The translations under genes were made by a program, and so were the position numbers. This document shows positions 59,356 to 64,000 of a stretch of DNA of 64,000 nucleotides, in pieces. This stretch comes from an uncultured Solirubrobacteraceae bacterium (GTDB taxonomy: Bacteria > Actinomycetota > Thermoleophilia > Solirubrobacterales > Solirubrobacteraceae). Below the pieces are notes generated by a model that was given only the letters and a program-made list of their open reading frames with translations, ran no database searches and was not told the DNA's origin. Within the stretch, counting starts at the first letter, position 1. Every line of letters begins with the position of its first letter. The stretch lies in NCBI GenBank assembly GCA_963724195.1, contig CAVRTQ010000001.1, positions 3,078 to 67,077 of the forward strand, written 5' to 3'.

Positions 59356-61062
59356 CGACGGTGTCCTCGTGCTCGGGGGCGAGCGCGTCCAGGTCGACCA
59401 CGACGTCGCAGATCGAGGCCAGGCGGGCGTCGTGCGTGGCCACCACGAGCGTGCGGCCGCGGGCCGCGGCGAGGATGCCCTCGGCCACGCGCCGGGCGGA
59501 GGCGACGTCGAGGTGCGCGGTCGGTTCGTCGAGCAGCAGGAGCGGCGTGTCCGAGCCGAGCGCGGCCGCGAGCGCGAGGCGCTGCTCCTGGCCGCGTGAG
59601 AACGGGCGACCGCCGGCGCCGACACGGGTCGTCTCCGGCACCGTCGCGACGATCTCGGCGGCGTCCGCGGCGGCCAGGGCCGGTTCGCCGCCGTGCAGGC
59701 GCAGGGCCTCGGCGAGCGTGCCGGCGGGCAGCGGCGGGCGCTGGTCGAGCCAGGTCACGCCGCGCCACCAGGCGTCGCGGTCGATCTCGCGAACGTCGAC
59801 CCCGCCGGCCGTGATCGTGCCCGTGTCGGGGTCCTGGGCGCGGGCGAGCAGGCGCAGCAGCGTCGACTTGCCCACGCCCGACGGGCCGACCAGCGCGACG
59901 GACGTCCCCGGTTCGATCGTCAGGTCGAGCCCGCGCAGCGGGTCGGGCCGGCCGCGGCCGTCCACGCCGACGCCGCGCAACTCGATCGGTCCGGCGATCG
60001 GCGCCGCCGTCCCGCTCGCGACGAACGGCGCCGGCTCGTCGATCACCTCGAGCAGCCGGCGCACGGCCACAGCGCCGTCCTCGGCCGCGTGGAAGCGCGC
60101 GCCCGCCGCGCGCAGCGGCGCGTAGACCTCCGGCGCGAGGATCAGCACGAACAGGCCCGTCGCCAGGTCCATGTGCCCCTCGGCGAGCTGCACGCCGATC
60201 ACTGCGGCCGCGATCGCGGTGCCGAGCATCGCCAGGAACTCGAGCACCAGCGCGCTCAGGAACGCGACGCGCAGCGCGCCGAGCGACTCGTCGCGGTAGC
60301 GCTCCCCCACGGCCCGCAGCGACGCCGCCTGGGCCTGCTCGCGCCCGTGGGCGCGCAGCGTCGGCAGCCCGCGCACGACCTCGAGGAAGTGCGCGCCGAG
60401 CACCGCCAGCGCGTGCTGGCGCTCCCGCGCGTGCTCGGCCGAGCGCTTGCCGACGAGCACCATGAACACGATCACGATCGGCAACGTGATCGCGAGCAGC
60501 ACGCCCACGACCAGGACTGGGTCGCGATCACGCACACGACGCCGATCGGCACGGCGGCGGCCAGCGCCAGCTGCGGCACCGCCCGGGCGTAGTACTCGGC
60601 CAGCGCGTCCAGCCCCTGGGTGGCGGCGGTCGCGATGTCGCCGCGGCGCGCGCCGTCGACATCGCGGGTCCGGCCGGCCAGTGCGCGCTCCGCCACGAGC
60701 CCGCGCAACCGGCCCAGCGCGACCTCCGCCGCGCGCCGCCCCGCGAGCTCCACGACGCCGGCCAGGAGCGCCCGACCGGCGACCACCAGCAGCAGCGCCG
60801 GCGACCTCCCGCGTCGCGACCGCCTCGGCCACGATCCACGCCTGCACGACCAGCAGCGCCGCCGCGAGCAGTCCGGCGCCCGCCGCCACGCCCAACGCCA
60901 CTCGCGCCCGCGGCGCGACGGCGAGCAACCGCCGGTGCAGCACGTCCCGCGCGCCGCGCGGTCGCCGCGCCGCCGCGCCGCCCGCGCCGCGCCGGCCGCG
61001 GCCGCGCGCTCCGCGGCGCCGCCGCGCGCTCGCCGCGGCGCGCCATCGCGCCTCGCGCTCAT
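59352..61062 (-). CDS. cydD: Thiol reductant/heme ABC exporter CydD (frameshifts; ends approximate)
   Basis: LRVAFLSALVLE, LILAPEVYAPLR, FHA, GPSGVGKST, LDEPTAHLD. Confidence 0.88.
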
Positions 61063-61942
61063 CGCAGCTGCTCCAGGCCGCGGCGCGCGAGGCGGACGAG
61101 CCCGCCCGGCTCTCGCTTGAAGCGCGAGTAGGCGAAGCCGTGCGCGAGCAGGATCAGGGGCAGGAAGACCGCGGCGAGCACGGTCATGATCGTCAGCGTG
61201 TAGTCGCCCGCGGCCTCCTCGCGCAGGTCGATGCCGGCCACGAACGGCGACACCGCCGCCAGGACGCACAGCGGGAGCAGCGCCGCGGCAACACCCGCGG
61301 CCCACAGGGACAGGCGCGGCACGAGCGTCAGCACGAGCGCGGCGCCGATCACCAGCAGCCACGGCTCCCCCAGCGCCACGCCCGCGACGATGGCCACGAG
61401 CACGGCCGGTTCGCGCCGCACCGTCACGCGCTCGTCCACGCGCCCGGCCAGGAACGCCGCGCCCGCCACCCGGCAGACGAGCGCGAGCGCCACGCCGCAC
61501 AGCACCGTCGCCCAAGTCAGCGCACCCTCGAGCATCCACGCCCACACCACGCCCCAGCCGATCGCGGTCACCCACGCGGACAGCACGATCGCCCACGTCC
61601 ATCCAGCCGCCGCCCGGCCCGAGCACGTGCCCGACGAGCTCCACCCCCGCGTGCCGCACGATCAGCGCCAGGATGATCACCAGCACGACGCCGTAGAGCC
61701 CGCTCGTCCACGCCGCGTACCAGCCGGGGAAGGCGCCGAACGTCGCCGCGACGCGCGATCACCAGCCAGACGTCGTTCGCCTGCCACGTCGGCCCGTTCG
61801 CGCGCAGCACCGCGGCGCGGTCCTCGAACCGCCGCAGCAGCATCGACGCGCCGAGGTCCGCGCCGCCCAGCCCCAGGTACAACGCCCACACGACGCCGAG
61901 CAACAGCAGCCACAGCGCGGGAAGTCCTTCGAGCCCGAACAT
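61059..61942 (-). CDS. cydB: Cytochrome bd oxidase subunit II (frameshifts)
   Basis: GADLG, GPTWQANDVWL, FAAFPGWYA. Confidence 0.82.
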
Positions 61943-61943
61943 C

Positions 61944-63330
61944 TCAGTACCCCAGGGCGAGGTCGGCGCGGGCGCGCGGCGTTCGCTCCCGCGCAGGCAA
62001 CCCGTGCGCGAGCTCGCTCCGCAGCACGCGCGCCGCCGTCCAGAAGATCACGGCATACACGGCGAGGAACGCGCCCAACGACCCGGCCACGGCCAGCACG
62101 CTCACGTCCGAGGACGCCGCGTCCGTGCGCAGCAGCCCCGTCACCACCCACGGTTGCCGCCCGCCCTCGCGCAGGATCCAGCCGCCGGCCTGCGCGGCCA
62201 GCGGGATCAGGACCGCGAACGGCGCAAGCCGCAGGAACCACTTCGAGCGCTCCAGGCGCCCCGTCGCGGCGAGCCGGCAGCCCCAGGCGAGCAGGGCGAT
62301 CAGCGCCACGCCGCCGCCCACCATCAGGCGGAAGCTCCAGTACATGAGCGCCACGACCGGCGTGTAGTCGCCGGGCCCGTACTGCGCCTCGGCTTCGCGC
62401 TGCAGCTGCTCGATCCCGCGCACCTCGCTGCTCAGCGAGAACGAATTCAGGAAGCTGAAAGCGCGCCGGGACCTTGATGTTCAGGAACGGCGGGCCGGGG
62501 TCGGTGGCGACCTCGCCGAGCGCGAACAGCGACAGGCCGGCGGGCGCCTCGGTCTCGTAGTGCGCCTCGGCCGCGGCCATCTTCATCGGCTGCTGCTCGA
62601 GCGCGAGCACGCCCTGGAAGTGCCCGGCGCCGGCGGCGGCCAGCGCGGCGCCGAGGCCCACGAACACCGCCATCCGCGCGACACCGCCGAACGCGGCCAC
62701 CTCCCGCCCACGCGCGATCTGCACGCAGGCGATCCCGAGCACCACCACCGCGCCCGTCATCAGCGAGGTGAACAGCACGTGCGCGAACGTCAGGCCGACG
62801 GTCCAGTTGACCATCACCGCGAAGATGTCCGTCAGCTGCGCGCGACCGTCGACGATCTCGTAGCCGACGGGGTTCTGCATCCACGAGTTGGCGACGAGGA
62901 TCGAGTAGGCGCTGATCATCGTCGCCGCGCTCAGCGACCCACAGGCACGCGAGGTGCACGCGCGGCCGCAGCTTGCCCGCGCCGAAGATCCACAGCCCGA
63001 GGAAGACGGACTCGACGAAGAACGCCGCGAGCCCTTCCAGAGCGAGCGGCGCGCCGAACACGTCACCGACGTAGCGCGAGAAGCCCGCCCAGTTCATCCC
63101 GAACTGGAACGTCTGCATCAGGCCCGTGACGACGCCGACCGCGAACACGATCACCATCGCCCGCCCGTAGTACTTGGTCAGCCGCAGCCACCGTTCCTCG
63201 CCGGTGCGGTGGTACGCGCGTCTGTAGAAGGGCCACGAAGAAGACGAGGCCGATCGATACACCGACGATGGCGAAGTGCAGCAGCGTCGTGAGGGCCGAA
63301 CTGCCAACGAGCGAGGTCGAGCGAAGTCAC
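61944..63330 (-). CDS. cydA: Cytochrome bd oxidase subunit I (frameshifts)
   Basis: LARWQF, FQFGMNW, ANSWMQNP, QPMKMAAAE, FRLMVG, GWILREGGRQPW. Confidence 0.93.
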
Positions 63331-63436
63331 GGGCGGGTCCTTTGCCGTTCGTGCCCCAGGCAGGGGCAAATGCGGGAACGGGCAATCAGGACCCTCGGCC
63401 ACCGGTCATGAGCGGCCGCTACACATACTAGTCGGC

Positions 63437-64000
63437 GTGCGCATCCCGCTCCATGAGACGTTGCGTGCCGGAACGGCGCTCGGCTGGACCTCCGTGGCGG
63501 CGGTCGTCGTGGCCCTGGTGGTCGGGCGTGCCGATCTCCGACGCGGGGCTCGTGTGGGCCTTGACCGCGGTGGCCGCCGTAGCCCATCTGGTGATGGCGC
63601 GACTGCCCTGGGCGACGCTCCTGCCCACCCCTCGGGGCCGGCTGCTGATCGACCTGTGGGCGGGCGGCGTGCTGATCTCCGTGTGCGGGCTCGTGCTGAT
63701 CGCGGGCGGCGAGTCGCGGCTCGATCTGCTGCTCCTGCTCGTCGTCCCGTTCCTGGCGATCTCCAACGACGACAACCCGCGCGCGCTGGCGATCTGGATG
63801 GCGGTGGCGGCGCTCGCCTTCGGCATCTGCGTGGGCTTCGCGCCGGACCCGCTCCCGGCTGCCCGAAGCGCTGTTCCACCTCGTGCTGCTCGCGGGGTCG
63901 ACGCTGCTCGGCCTGCAGCTCGCGCGGGCCGTGCGGGAGGCGACGCGCCGGGCGGAGCTCGAGGGCGCGATGCTCGCCGAGGCCCACCATCGCGTGAAGA
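63437..64000 (+). CDS. Membrane sensor histidine kinase, HisKA_2/HWE type (partial, frameshifts)
   Basis: Several TM segments, then EGAMLAEAHHRVK at window end. Confidence 0.7.

Noticed and set aside
60945-61060. Almost pure GC tract at the cydB-cydD junction
   Set aside because: No regular repeat unit; likely an Ala/Arg-rich N-terminal extension with basecall noise
1-64000. Mass pseudogenisation or programmed frameshifting in more than 20 genes
   Set aside because: Indels hit core genes (korB, pyrD, cydA) with intact motifs on both sides, as expected from long-read error

Overview
Very GC-rich bacterial DNA. Gene content and protein style suggest Actinomycetota, probably Thermoleophilia/Solirubrobacterales (inference). 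Roughly a third to a half of the genes are split by 1-bp indels while both halves keep intact motifs, so this looks like an unpolished long-read assembly rather than pseudogenisation. Ordinary content: korAB, deoC plus two ALDHs, pyrD, glnK-amtB, cydABDC, tRNA-Ser(GGA), M29 aminopeptidase, GH63/GH13, and many regulators and oxidoreductases. No CRISPR array, rRNA, integrase or transposase was recognised. Best candidates for undescribed biology: (1) an HExxH metalloprotease with an eCIS-type LQxxxGNxAV N-terminus and OmpA-like insert, coupled to a possible emfourin-like inhibitor (42768-44634); (2) an unnamed ~140-aa domain with vicinal Cys-Cys shared by two adjacent secreted proteins (8578-11598); (3) a Crp + STAND adenylate cyclase + FAD oxidoreductase + prenyltransferase module (1890-8542); (4) REP-like palindromes in the 5' part of cydC; (5) active-site variants: an apparently dead L,D-transpeptidase, an AmtB with His-to-Glu, a CxxC-less receiver-TrxB fusion, and a Rox-like monooxygenase with a non-RAE palindrome. 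All family calls come from motif recognition by eye; no searches were run.
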